Of a DNA stretch of 64,000 bases, positions 40,741 through 50,502 are shown one piece after another. A program made the translations under genes and the position numbers. Each line of letters begins with the position of its first letter. The stretch's first letter is position 1. Below the pieces are notes generated by a model, which worked only from the letters and a program-made list of their open reading frames with translations, was not told the DNA's origin and did no database searches. The DNA comes from an uncultured virus (IMG/VR IMGVR_UViG_2700989659_000001) (lineage: Duplodnaviria > Heunggongvirae > Uroviricota > Caudoviricetes), in the IMG/VR virus record IMGVR_UViG_2700989659_000001. One strand, given 5' to 3'.

Positions 40741-41433
40741 TTAAAACATACTTAATTGTTCAAATTTATTCAGCATTATAAATCTTGAACATACATTAAT
40801 TGCATTTATAATCTTATCATTGTCACCTGTTGACGCATCTTCCCATTTATCATAATGTAGTTGAGCAAATACCATATCTTTAACACCTTCAACATAGTCA
40901 CTATTATCTCCAACTATATTTTTTATCATCTTGTTATAATCTAATTTTCTTTTATGGCAAGGATGAAATTGCCTTTTTGCTTCTTCTGTAGCTCTCTTAA
41001 AATCTGCTAACGTTTCTTTTAATTCTCTGATTTCTTCTTCTGCTGATATTAATTGTTGTTCTTGTTTCAACCTTTTATTTTCATTTTCAAGTTTATTTAT
41101 ATATTCTATAGTTTTATATCTTACTAATGCAGATTCACTGTTTAGCATTTGTAACATTCCATCACGTCTTAATTCATAACACGGTTGTCGTTTATTTTGA
41201 GAATTAACATATGAGGACGGCAAAATATTTTGCTCTCCTTCCAAACCTAATGAGTGTAATGTTTCTAATTCCTTTTCTATTTTTGCTAAAAATGACTTAT
41301 GTTGCAACTCGATATATTCCTTTTCTGTTCTTTCACTCTCAAGTTTTCTAAAATCGTTTATAATATCAACTAGCTCTACACTTGAGATTCTTAATTCTTT
41401 ATCATTTCCAATGTTTAATAATTCTTTTTCCAT
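40741..41433 (-). CDS. Rha-family phage regulator
   Basis: SSVELV, SYVNSQNKRQPCYEL, YINKLE. Confidence 0.8.
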   Translation of the reverse strand: MEKELLNIGNDKELRISSVELVDIINDFRKLESERTEKEYIELQHKSFLAKIEKELETLHSLGLEGEQNILPSSYVNSQNKRQPCYELRRDGMLQMLNSESALVRYKTIEYINKLENENKRLKQEQQLISAEEEIRELKETLADFKRATEEAKRQFHPCHKRKLDYNKMIKNIVGDNSDYVEGVKDMVFAQLHYDKWEDASTGDNDKIINAINVCSRFIMLNKFEQLSMF

Positions 41434-41677
41434 TTCTATTCCTACCTTCCTTATTTAGCTTAAAATAAAAAAGATAGGTGGGGACTTCTTTAATCCCAAA
41501 TCCTATCTTGAACATAAAAATAACATCTATTTTATAGATGTTTCTAACTTATGTTGATTTCGCAAAAACTTTATTTAGCGAAATAACTATTCATATTTTA
41601 TTGATTTTCAATATATTTTCCCATGATTTTTAGCACTTTTATTCATTTATGCACTAATTTTTGCATTTTTATACTTA

Positions 41678-42694
41678 CTACTTTTGTATATTATTCATTT
41701 TCTTATAGGTATTTTGATACCAATCTTCGATTCCTGGTTCACTTGTTGGATCAGAATCCCATCTTTTTAGTCTTTGAACAAAATCTTCTGACTTTTCATT
41801 TACTGTAGTTGTTATGCATAAGCAATTACAATGGAACGGATACAACGGTGCTTCATCTATAGGGTAAACCCCTATTCCTAATCCATGTTTATCAGTACCA
41901 GTAATATCATCACATATATCTGGTTTTGGATGTGACGCTGAAAGTATATACTTAACTCCTCTACAGCTTGGGCTAATCTTTGCAGCTGATAAAGTTGCTT
42001 CGCCAAAAGCTGATGTCATTTCTGTCCTAGCAAGTCTTAAGGCCTCATAACTCACATCACTAGGTACTCTATTTCCCATTCTAGCCATCATATTGGGATA
42101 TTCTGCCGCCAATGTTTTTTTCTTTTTTAACACATATTGCTCTAACGCTTTTGCAGTTTTAGTACAATCTTGACCTTCTGCGACTGCTGCTCGAATTATA
42201 TCAGTCATATTCTGTCTGTATTTTCTAGATTTAGACCATATCCTGTCTGAAAGATACAATCCGTCTTGAGTTCTGCTCCATATAGCTTCTACTGCCTTTT
42301 CATTCATCCTAAAGTATATATTCTTTACATCAGATGTAACTATTTTACTTATTTCAGCCTTTTCTACAATATCTATTGTAATTGCTTTAGAATACCCCAC
42401 AGCAGCAGCTACGTTTTCTTTAGTATACTTTTCGAAATTAATGGTAAGCTGTCCATTCAATGCATCTTCTGTTTCTTTTAAAGCACCATATATTTGTTGT
42501 AATCTTTTTTTGTCTATAGGAGAAAGTCCTCCCTTTTTCAATTCCTTAGATATATTTTTAGTAAGTTTTATATACAGCTCCCTGATCTGTAAATCTTGTC
42601 TTAATCGTAAATCTATAAACTTTTTTCTAGCTTGCAATGCCCATGTTTTGTAATCTCCTGCTATTGATTTCAATTCATCAATTTCTTTACTCAT
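41678..42694 (-). CDS. Minor head protein (MuF/SPP1 gp7-like)
   Basis: LSDRIW, RLARTE, PFHCNCLC. Confidence 0.85.
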   Translation of the reverse strand: MSKEIDELKSIAGDYKTWALQARKKFIDLRLRQDLQIRELYIKLTKNISKELKKGGLSPIDKKRLQQIYGALKETEDALNGQLTINFEKYTKENVAAAVGYSKAITIDIVEKAEISKIVTSDVKNIYFRMNEKAVEAIWSRTQDGLYLSDRIWSKSRKYRQNMTDIIRAAVAEGQDCTKTAKALEQYVLKKKKTLAAEYPNMMARMGNRVPSDVSYEALRLARTEMTSAFGEATLSAAKISPSCRGVKYILSASHPKPDICDDITGTDKHGLGIGVYPIDEAPLYPFHCNCLCITTTVNEKSEDFVQRLKRWDSDPTSEPGIEDWYQNTYKKMNNIQK

Positions 42695-44186
42695 CTTTAT
42701 TAACCCTGCCTATTTCATCATCGATTTCCTTACTTTCATTTTCCAATCCTCCGGCATCATCAAGCCTATATCTTAACATCTTAGTCTTTATTATCTTTTC
42801 TCTTTCTCCTATTATCTCTGGATCATCGCTTATATAGTCACCCATTGTATCAATGTACTTAGATAAAAAGTTTACTGCAGCTTCTTCACTAATAAAATTT
42901 CCATCTAAAGCCTTATTTAGAGCATTGCATACTTTTTCAAGTGTTTCTGCAAGTTCCTTATCATCTTTAGAATTAACTTCATCCCATCCCAAAGTAACAC
43001 TATAAGACGTAAAATTAACACCTGCAGATTTAGCTGACATAACCAAAACCATTCTAGCTAGTGTCTGCCACTGTTCTGTAAACTGTTCTCTTTTACGCCT
43101 TATTTTATTAACCATTATTGGCATTTGTTCTTTTACACTAGCCAATGCGCTTGGAGTATGTACACCAAATATAAATTCTGGTGTTTCTGACACATCAACT
43201 ATACAATAAAACAAAAGCTTTAATAATATCTGAGCATCTCCTGTAGCACTATTAACTTCTATAAATGAAGCATCTTCTCCATCAGTTAAGAATAATATTT
43301 CATGACCATCAAGATTTACTTTACCTCCATCTTTCGCAAATTTTACTGGATCATCTACACCAAAGTTATTTCTTAAAAATCCTGCTACATCTTTAAGCTT
43401 TATTTTAAGCTTAGGTGTGCTATGCATTTTACTTCCTTTGAGTGCATGCATCATAACATCATGATAAGCTTTTAAAAGTGGTTCTATAGGTTCAATATCT
43501 GACTGTCCAAACTTCATGGTTTCATCTGGTTCATTCTTAAAATGTACTATAGGAACAAACCCCCATGGATTTTGTGTTTCACCTGGCTCCATTCCTTCTG
43601 GAATATCCCCATCAACTTCAATGATCCTATTTTCTGCAGTTATAACTTGTCTGATCTTAGCTTTCTTTTTATTGCCTTCTAAATCTGTCCACTCTTGTTC
43701 ACTTTTTAAGACATATGCTATAGGTTCTTTAGTTGTTGAATCTAAAATTATATCATCTACTTCTTCAGGAGGAATTATATTGTACATTAGCATTACTGGT
43801 TTATCTGGATACAAAGGATTTTCTTTTTCTTCTCTGGTAATCCATATATAACAATCGCCTAATTTTAAAGCATTACTATGAGTTCTTAACATTCTTGAAG
43901 TATTTTCTAATATAAAATCGTCTAATATAGGCTGTGCATTTTCATCTTCAGTAATGAAATGCGGCACTCCCATAAAACCGACTGTGCTATTTATAATCGG
44001 CTTTACAAATGAAGCTCCTAATTTATATCCATCTTTTGCATTCTTATAAAGATCTCTAGCAATTTCATAATCAACTTTACTTGAGTTTAAAGCATACATT
44101 CCACCATTAGAACCGCCTTCTACTCTCATCATTTCTCCGCTAGGCTTTTTTTTAAATAAATTGCTAATAAAAGATTTTACCCCCAT
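42687..44186 (-). CDS. Portal protein (SPP1-like)
   Basis: NPWGFVPIVHFKN..GQSDIE; follows TerL. Confidence 0.88.
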   Translation of the reverse strand: MGVKSFISNLFKKKPSGEMMRVEGGSNGGMYALNSSKVDYEIARDLYKNAKDGYKLGASFVKPIINSTVGFMGVPHFITEDENAQPILDDFILENTSRMLRTHSNALKLGDCYIWITREEKENPLYPDKPVMLMYNIIPPEEVDDIILDSTTKEPIAYVLKSEQEWTDLEGNKKKAKIRQVITAENRIIEVDGDIPEGMEPGETQNPWGFVPIVHFKNEPDETMKFGQSDIEPIEPLLKAYHDVMMHALKGSKMHSTPKLKIKLKDVAGFLRNNFGVDDPVKFAKDGGKVNLDGHEILFLTDGEDASFIEVNSATGDAQILLKLLFYCIVDVSETPEFIFGVHTPSALASVKEQMPIMVNKIRRKREQFTEQWQTLARMVLVMSAKSAGVNFTSYSVTLGWDEVNSKDDKELAETLEKVCNALNKALDGNFISEEAAVNFLSKYIDTMGDYISDDPEIIGEREKIIKTKMLRYRLDDAGGLENESKEIDDEIGRVNKDE

Positions 44187-45595
44187 ATTCTCCCTCCTTT
44201 CAGTAAAGATAAATCGCTGTTACTATTTTCAGCAAAGGAGTATATAACTGCATCTGCTCTATCTGGTGATTCACCAATTCTTTTTTTCATTTCTTTTTTA
44301 CTTTCTATTTGTATTTTACCTTTTGAATCTACACTATATTTTCTGTTAGATAATTGTTTTATTAATTTATCATCATTAGGGAGTTGAACAGTTGATTCCT
44401 TACCTTGTAAATAGCAACTTAAATTATTGTCTAATTCTCCTCTCATAACATCCCACATTTCTGATGCTTTGTTATAATACTTATCTTTTTCAATAGCGCT
44501 AGAGCCATTTTGTATAGGTATTATTTCATAATTTAATCTTTCTTGTGCCACTACTTCTTTTAATCTATCTGTAACACCTGCACCCAATCCATCATCATCA
44601 GTTTTTATTTTGACTCTATTAATCTGAGGATATTCGCTTTTAAACTCATCAACTGCTCTTAATATCCGTCCTGAGGTTTCCATTGTGCTTTGCTTCGAAT
44701 AAGTTAATAAATTAAATACCTTCCCACCAATTCTTGGAGCTATTATAGTTTCATCATCACCGTATCTAGCTATATCTGCCCCTATGTTTAATATGTAGTC
44801 ATTAGATATATTAACTTCTCTTGTAGTAGCCATTTCAGCTGCTTCTAATGATATCAAAGAATCACTTTCGCCTTTAGGAAATTCTCCTAGTACTCTAACT
44901 CTCCAAGGATCAGAGCCTTCGTGATATTTCCTTCTTAACATTTCTATATTGTCTTTACTGGTTCTTGGACTGTCTAGTGAAGATACTTTAAATGTTTTAT
45001 ATAAATCTCTATCCCTATTATGACTATCATAAAAAGTTCCTGAGGTTCTTGTTGGGTTCCCACACATAAGCAGCTTATTTTCATATCCAGTTAATGTTCC
45101 CAATATAGCTTCCATAATAGGATCAGCTACACCTGATGCTTCATCAACTACGAATAACATGTAATCTTCGTGGAAGCCTTGCATATTCTCAGGTCTAGTA
45201 GCAGTCTTAGCAGTAGCCCACCAACGCTCACTATAGCCTTTCATATAGATTTTAGTTTTAGTCCATTCTAATAGATTCTCTATTTTACTACTGGCTAACC
45301 ACTTAGATATTTCAGCCCATAGTACATCATAAAGCTGCTGTCTAGTTGGAGCTGTTGCAATAACTTTAGGAAATGGCCTAGTACATAAATACCAGGTAAC
45401 AACTATACTCTCTAATCCAGTTTTCCCCACACCTTGGCCAGAACGCACACTAACTTTAGGACTTTGAGCTAAAGCCATTAGTACCTCACTTTGCCATTTG
45501 TCAGCGTGAAAATTCATCATATCCTCTGCGAACCATACCGGATTATCCCAATATGTATCTAGTAAAGTTATTAATGATTTATCCATTATTATCAC
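44177..45595 (-). CDS. terL: Terminase large subunit
   Basis: SGQGVGKT, VVDEA, GNPT, GADIARYGDD, SPDRADA. Confidence 0.93.
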   Translation of the reverse strand: MIIMDKSLITLLDTYWDNPVWFAEDMMNFHADKWQSEVLMALAQSPKVSVRSGQGVGKTGLESIVVTWYLCTRPFPKVIATAPTRQQLYDVLWAEISKWLASSKIENLLEWTKTKIYMKGYSERWWATAKTATRPENMQGFHEDYMLFVVDEASGVADPIMEAILGTLTGYENKLLMCGNPTRTSGTFYDSHNRDRDLYKTFKVSSLDSPRTSKDNIEMLRRKYHEGSDPWRVRVLGEFPKGESDSLISLEAAEMATTREVNISNDYILNIGADIARYGDDETIIAPRIGGKVFNLLTYSKQSTMETSGRILRAVDEFKSEYPQINRVKIKTDDDGLGAGVTDRLKEVVAQERLNYEIIPIQNGSSAIEKDKYYNKASEMWDVMRGELDNNLSCYLQGKESTVQLPNDDKLIKQLSNRKYSVDSKGKIQIESKKEMKKRIGESPDRADAVIYSFAENSNSDLSLLKGGRIWG

Positions 45596-46517
45596 GTCTC
45601 TTTGCTGCTATTTCTTGTATTGTTTCTGCCCATGACTTAGCTGTATCATCCTTGCCACTTCCTTTAGCATTTTCTATGTCAAGTTGAAGTTTCATATTCT
45701 GGAGCTTCTTGTATTCTAAATCAAGTTTAATTCTCTCTTCATCTGATAATAAATTACTTAACTTAGCTAACGTATCCATAGCTTTCATTTTATCTGCTAA
45801 TTTAAACCTTATTCCGTCCTTTCCTTCTGATACCTCAGTTATTAACCTTGTATCAACTCCTATGCTATCTTTTAAATCAACATAACTATATTCTTTTATC
45901 TTCTGCTCACCAGTATTAGGATCAATAATTGGTATATATTTACCGTCTTTATTCTTGACCCATTGTGGTACTTGTTTCTTACCAAATTCTAAATAATCAC
46001 CCATATCTGAAAATGCCATATCTTTATATTGCTGAATCAATCCTCTTTTAAGAAATTCTTTATTTAATTCTGCTTCCATTAATCTATCAATCTGTTCTCT
46101 TATCTTAGGATTTCTTAGGAGTCTACACCCTTCCACCATTGCAGTTTCATAAGTGCAAGTATATGCTTTCAAATATGCTTTAGTCGCATTCATTCTTTTA
46201 GCATATATAACACAAAAAAGCCTTTGCTTATCATTTAATTCAGTATTTTCTAATACCTCTTTAATTTCATCAGCAATAGGCTCTTGATTACTCTTCTTTT
46301 TAGTTTTTTTACTGGTATTTTTATTTGTTGTACAACATTTATTTTTTTGTTGTACAACATTAGAATTGTTATCCCATTTATCTCTTTGCTTCCATACTGC
46401 AATCTTCTTTTCGTCTTCATTCAGTATGCTTGCAATCTCTCTATTTGTTATATTACCTTTATGCTCTTTATATATTTCAAAAGCTTTATCCCTTGCTGGA
46501 CTTCTTTGTTTAGCCAT
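45579..46517 (-). CDS. terS: Terminase small subunit
   Basis: N-terminal HTH; LNDKQRLFC..Y...NATKAY; DKMKA. Confidence 0.88.
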   Translation of the reverse strand: MAKQRSPARDKAFEIYKEHKGNITNREIASILNEDEKKIAVWKQRDKWDNNSNVVQQKNKCCTTNKNTSKKTKKKSNQEPIADEIKEVLENTELNDKQRLFCVIYAKRMNATKAYLKAYTCTYETAMVEGCRLLRNPKIREQIDRLMEAELNKEFLKRGLIQQYKDMAFSDMGDYLEFGKKQVPQWVKNKDGKYIPIIDPNTGEQKIKEYSYVDLKDSIGVDTRLITEVSEGKDGIRFKLADKMKAMDTLAKLSNLLSDEERIKLDLEYKKLQNMKLQLDIENAKGSGKDDTAKSWAETIQEIAAKRRDNNG

Positions 46518-46534
46518 ATCTCATCGTCACCACC

Positions 46535-46729
46535 TCACCTCTTCTTATAATTATTTTTAAAACATTCTTCTATGTCATTTGATCTGTATATATAATAATA
46601 TGTATCTATAGTTTCACAACTCTTTAAATTTCTACATGATCTACATTCTATTGGAGATTTAGCACATACAACTATTCCTTTGTTAAACTTTATGTTTAGT
46701 TTTAGTTTCTTTCTTTTAGGCTTATCCAT
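46535..46729 (-). CDS. Cys-containing hypothetical protein
   Basis: AGGAG RBS; CRSC motif. Confidence 0.6.
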   Translation of the reverse strand: MDKPKRKKLKLNIKFNKGIVVCAKSPIECRSCRNLKSCETIDTYYYIYRSNDIEECFKNNYKKR

Positions 46730-46789
46730 ACTAAATCTCCTTTCTGTTTTATTGCATGAAAAAGAACCCTATTGTTAGAGTTCCAATCC

Positions 46790-47023
46790 TTATTTTTTTA
46801 GTAATCGCGTTGCAATCCTATCAAATTCATCTTTGAAATAATTATTAAATTTTTCTTGAATTGCTATTATTGGCGTTCCTTCTTCTAGACATTCTATTGC
46901 AATTCTATTTTTTGCATTTTGTTCTGCTAATAATGTTACAATAGCAAATATGACATAATTAGAGTCTGCTTCACTATAAGCTTTTGTATACCTTACAACT
47001 AAGTCCTCATTTATTATAATCAC
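46790..47023 (-). CDS. Hypothetical moron protein
   Basis: GGGTG RBS/start; own terminator. Confidence 0.55.
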   Translation of the reverse strand: MIIINEDLVVRYTKAYSEADSNYVIFAIVTLLAEQNAKNRIAIECLEEGTPIIAIQEKFNNYFKDEFDRIATRLLKK

Positions 47024-47352
47024 CCCTTTTATATAACTAATTATACAAAAAGAAGTAAATCCCTTCTATATTTTACAAATACATAAAGCTAAGTCAGTAG
47101 ATGCTCTATATTAAATTCATGGAGCGATTAACTTCCTTTCATAATATATTCTTTGTTTCTACTGACTTATAAGCATAATAAAATACCTCGTATCGTCTAC
47201 TCATCTCTCAGGTGTAAACCTAAGACTTCAACTTTACAAGGTATTTTTATGATATAAAAGGGTATTGAGAATTTATGGGAGGTTATACGGTCTTGCCTGT
47301 CCATAACCTTAATCCAATAACTGCGTTTAGGGGTACGCTTTGCTGGATTTAT

Positions 47353-47700
47353 TTAAACTATGCATTTATTTTCATTTACTAGCCTCCTGGGTGTATCCCA
47401 AGTGACTGCTCCTGATACTTTTCTATTTAATACTATGTCTCCATTAGGTAATGTTTTATATACGGACCTATTCTTTAATATAAATGATCTATCACTAATA
47501 TACCTATTAGCCTCATAATTAGTTGCTTTAATTTCTTCTTTTCTTTGGAGAACAGCAATTTCATGTTTGTGCTTTAAATCTCCAAAATTTCTTTGAATGC
47601 ACTTTCTTACTGCTTCAACTTCTGAAGAAAGTTTTTTTGCTATCTCCACAGCATTATATCCATTAATATAAAATGCTTTTATCTTTTCTTTATCAAGCAA
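47353..47700 (-). CDS. HTH DNA-binding protein
   Basis: GYNAVEIAKKL....EAVRK. Confidence 0.65.
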   Translation of the reverse strand: MLDKEKIKAFYINGYNAVEIAKKLSSEVEAVRKCIQRNFGDLKHKHEIAVLQRKEEIKATNYEANRYISDRSFILKNRSVYKTLPNGDIVLNRKVSGAVTWDTPRRLVNENKCIV

Positions 47701-47774
47701 CTAAATCACCTCATTTTGGATATAGTCCACCCATACCATTTAGCTGGACATTTTTTATCTTTCTCTTTATCTTT

Positions 47775-47834
47775 ATTATATTCTTCCATTTAATCATTGC
47801 CTAGATGACATTTTAGGGACATTAAGGGGACATT
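47775..47834 (-). promoter_or_regulatory. Late promoter with three activator-type repeats
   Basis: GACATT at 47807, 47818, 47829 (11-bp period); TATAAT on minus strand at 47775-47780. Confidence 0.6.
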
Positions 47835-48034
47835 CTCAATTCCTTTTCTAATCGCTTCACATGTCTTTCAGATATACCTATCATTTTAGCTGCCTTTATT
47901 TGTGTATATCCTTTTACAAACCTTAAATACTTTATTTTATCTTTAGTTCTATTAAGCTTATTTACATACGCTATGTCCTTTTCTTCGTCTGATATAGATA
48001 AATCTAATTCTTTCTTGATCTTCTCCATATTCAT
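47822..48034 (-). CDS. Sigma region-4-like HTH late activator
   Basis: LRFVKGYTQ..AA..IGISERHV.R. Confidence 0.7.
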   Translation of the reverse strand: MNMEKIKKELDLSISDEEKDIAYVNKLNRTKDKIKYLRFVKGYTQIKAAKMIGISERHVKRLEKELRMSP

Positions 48035-48042
48035 AACTTCAC

Positions 48043-48369
48043 CTACTTATCAACTTTTTTAAAATTCATTCCAGACGATAGAACAGAACTTTTCCAGCAT
48101 CTCCAACATCCATTCATACAACTCACATTATTTTCTGGCATATTATATGAATGTGGACAATCTAATTTTAACGTTGCCACATTAAGAAAATCATCTTCTG
48201 TATTCTCCTCAATAAATGCCCTTATTTCTTTTATTTTCTTTACGGATTCTTTTTCTTCAAAATTCGCGCATACTCTTTTATCTAAATATATATAAGTCAT
48301 AGTGCAAGCTTCGTCTTCATTGCTCTTACAATCAGTCATATTACATTTAAATATTGTTGCTCTCCTCAT
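48043..48369 (-). CDS. Cys-rich hypothetical protein
   Basis: Two Cys clusters. Confidence 0.6.
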   Translation of the reverse strand: MRRATIFKCNMTDCKSNEDEACTMTYIYLDKRVCANFEEKESVKKIKEIRAFIEENTEDDFLNVATLKLDCPHSYNMPENNVSCMNGCWRCWKSSVLSSGMNFKKVDK

Positions 48370-48377
48370 AACTTCAC

Positions 48378-48848
48378 CTACCTAACTAATTTTAAAACTT
48401 CTGTTATTTCTCCAAGCATCATATAAAACTGCCTTATTTGATCTTTTCTAAAATTCTCTAAATCACTCTCATTTTTAATTAATTCATCTCCGACTTTTAC
48501 TGCACAATCTACAACTTCATATTCTCCATACTCGCCTTCAAATTTTCCAGAAATCATTTTTAGATTTGTCTTTTTAAATACTTCCTGTTCATCTACATTA
48601 ATAGATTTAACATCATGTGGAATTATAATTTCTTTCTTTTCCTCTTCCTGATATTTAACTTCTATCTTATTTTCCTCTTTTGGTTTACAATTCTTACTTC
48701 TTGTAAATTCTCCTTTCCATTGATAGTAATAAATATCTGCTGATTTTTCAGTTCCTAAAAATTTTTCACGAATATCTTTTAATAGCTCTTGCTTTTCTTT
48801 CCCCATATTTTCAGTTAGGTATTTCTTTATTTGATCTAATTTACTCAT
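48378..48848 (-). CDS. Hypothetical phage protein
   Basis: GGAGG RBS, operon context. Confidence 0.7.
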   Translation of the reverse strand: MSKLDQIKKYLTENMGKEKQELLKDIREKFLGTEKSADIYYYQWKGEFTRSKNCKPKEENKIEVKYQEEEKKEIIIPHDVKSINVDEQEVFKKTNLKMISGKFEGEYGEYEVVDCAVKVGDELIKNESDLENFRKDQIRQFYMMLGEITEVLKLVR

Positions 48849-49183
48849 TAATATTTACCTCCTGTAATATCATCTTTAGCCTTACCCCAAACCATTCTAG
48901 CCGTAAGATAAGCATTATCTATCATCTTTAATATTTGTGCTACTCTATCCTTTAACGCTGGATTTTTAGCTATACCTCTACTTTCACCAGTTCTTATATT
49001 AAATAAAATTGTGCTCCATCTGTCATATTGTCTAAGAGCTTTTTTATGAAGCGTATAAGCTTTTGAATAATCATTGTCTTTCAATATGTCTATTTCATCC
49101 ATAAGGTTATTAAAATTATTAAGGTCCTCAGTTTCTATAAATTTACTGTTTAATTCATTCATAAGATCCCTCCACTTCTTCAA
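48848..49183 (-). CDS. Hypothetical phage protein
   Basis: Operon context. Confidence 0.65.
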   Translation of the reverse strand: MKKWRDLMNELNSKFIETEDLNNFNNLMDEIDILKDNDYSKAYTLHKKALRQYDRWSTILFNIRTGESRGIAKNPALKDRVAQILKMIDNAYLTARMVWGKAKDDITGGKY

Positions 49184-49652
49184 AGAATCTTTTTAAATCA
49201 TATCTCCACCTAGTCCTGTTTTTAGCTCCTGATACCTCAATCCCATTCTCTTCGCACCATGTAAAAGGAAATGACTTTCTATCTGACATCTCCATATATT
49301 CTTTAATTTTCTTTGCTTCAATAGCAAATGTCTTTTGCATATCTCTAAAGTTAAACAAAAAATAAGTTTTGATTTTAGGGTGATTTATTCCAGACATTTG
49401 TTTTATTTGGTTTTCCCTTATACAATCAAATGAAATACGTACACCTGCATGAGATTTTAATTCTAATAGTATAAGGTTTTCTATAGTCATTATCATGAAG
49501 TCACATATATTTTTAGCTTGAAATCTTACATTTTCGTTCTTAGATCCACTAAAATTTGCAGTACCATCTTTGAATCTATATATAAAACAATCTTCTGGAA
49601 CTGATCTTTTAATATCTTCTTCAAATAATTTACCAGGATTCTTCTTTACCAT
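49155..49652 (-). CDS. recU: RecU-family Holliday junction resolvase
   Basis: GKLFE, CDF, LELKS, I..NQ. Confidence 0.8.
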   Translation of the reverse strand: MVKKNPGKLFEEDIKRSVPEDCFIYRFKDGTANFSGSKNENVRFQAKNICDFMIMTIENLILLELKSHAGVRISFDCIRENQIKQMSGINHPKIKTYFLFNFRDMQKTFAIEAKKIKEYMEMSDRKSFPFTWCEENGIEVSGAKNRTRWRYDLKRFFEEVEGSYE

Positions 49653-49738
49653 ATTGTCCTCCTTTTATTTGTAATTGATAGTCATATGAGAATGAAATCT
49701 TAGTGACGTGACATGATAACATCCTCATATTTAGTTTT

Positions 49739-50476
49739 TTATTTTTCTATCCTTTCAAATTCTATTACCCATACCCATGGATTAAGGCTCCATTTATAAT
49801 CCTTTGTTGTACTATCCCATAACTCTCGGAAAGCATCTTCTGCTAATGGAGGAAATTCTTCTCTTATTCCTTCTTTTTTTATCTGTTCTTCTGTAATATC
49901 TTGAATTCTTTCAACTCTTACATCAGTAACTTTTAGAAATATCCTGGCTGCTTCTTTTGGCATAAATAATGATGGTTGCCATCCATTTTTATAAGCATAT
50001 TTAATTAAATCTTCATACCGATCACTAGATAAGATAACTTCTTTTAATCTTTCATTTGGCTCTGCTTTAAATAAAAACTTAGCTTTTTTATCAGAATTAC
50101 TCATGCTCTGCATCATCCAAGTTTCTCTTACATAAAGAATATCTCCTGGTAAATATGGAGCCTTTATTCTTTCCTTTATCTCAACGCTTTTTATATCATT
50201 TATATTTCCATTTCCAAATGAAACATAATTAAAATTAACTCCGTCATTTGAACAGCTTCCTATAATATTTAACTCTTGTACATTACCTTTAACTATTCTT
50301 CTTGTAGTTAGCTTTCTACCTTCTAAAATAGCTTTAACCATTTCTGTATTGAATAGAATCGGTTTTTCCAAATTTCTCACCCTTTCCTTATTAATCTCAA
50401 TTTGTAATTGCTCTACCCGTATTTCCCCTTTACAGAGTTTTCTCCAGTTTCTATTGTTAGTTTTAAGATATCTCAT
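49739..50476 (-). CDS. ASCH-like conserved phage protein (alternative TTG start at 50371)
   Basis: MVKAILEGRK..TRR, GDILYVRETW, PS.FMP..AARI, NPWVWVIEF. Confidence 0.75.
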   Translation of the reverse strand: MRYLKTNNRNWRKLCKGEIRVEQLQIEINKERVRNLEKPILFNTEMVKAILEGRKLTTRRIVKGNVQELNIIGSCSNDGVNFNYVSFGNGNINDIKSVEIKERIKAPYLPGDILYVRETWMMQSMSNSDKKAKFLFKAEPNERLKEVILSSDRYEDLIKYAYKNGWQPSLFMPKEAARIFLKVTDVRVERIQDITEEQIKKEGIREEFPPLAEDAFRELWDSTTKDYKWSLNPWVWVIEFERIEK

Positions 50477-50502
50477 AAAATTACCTTCTTTAAAAACTCT
50501 AG

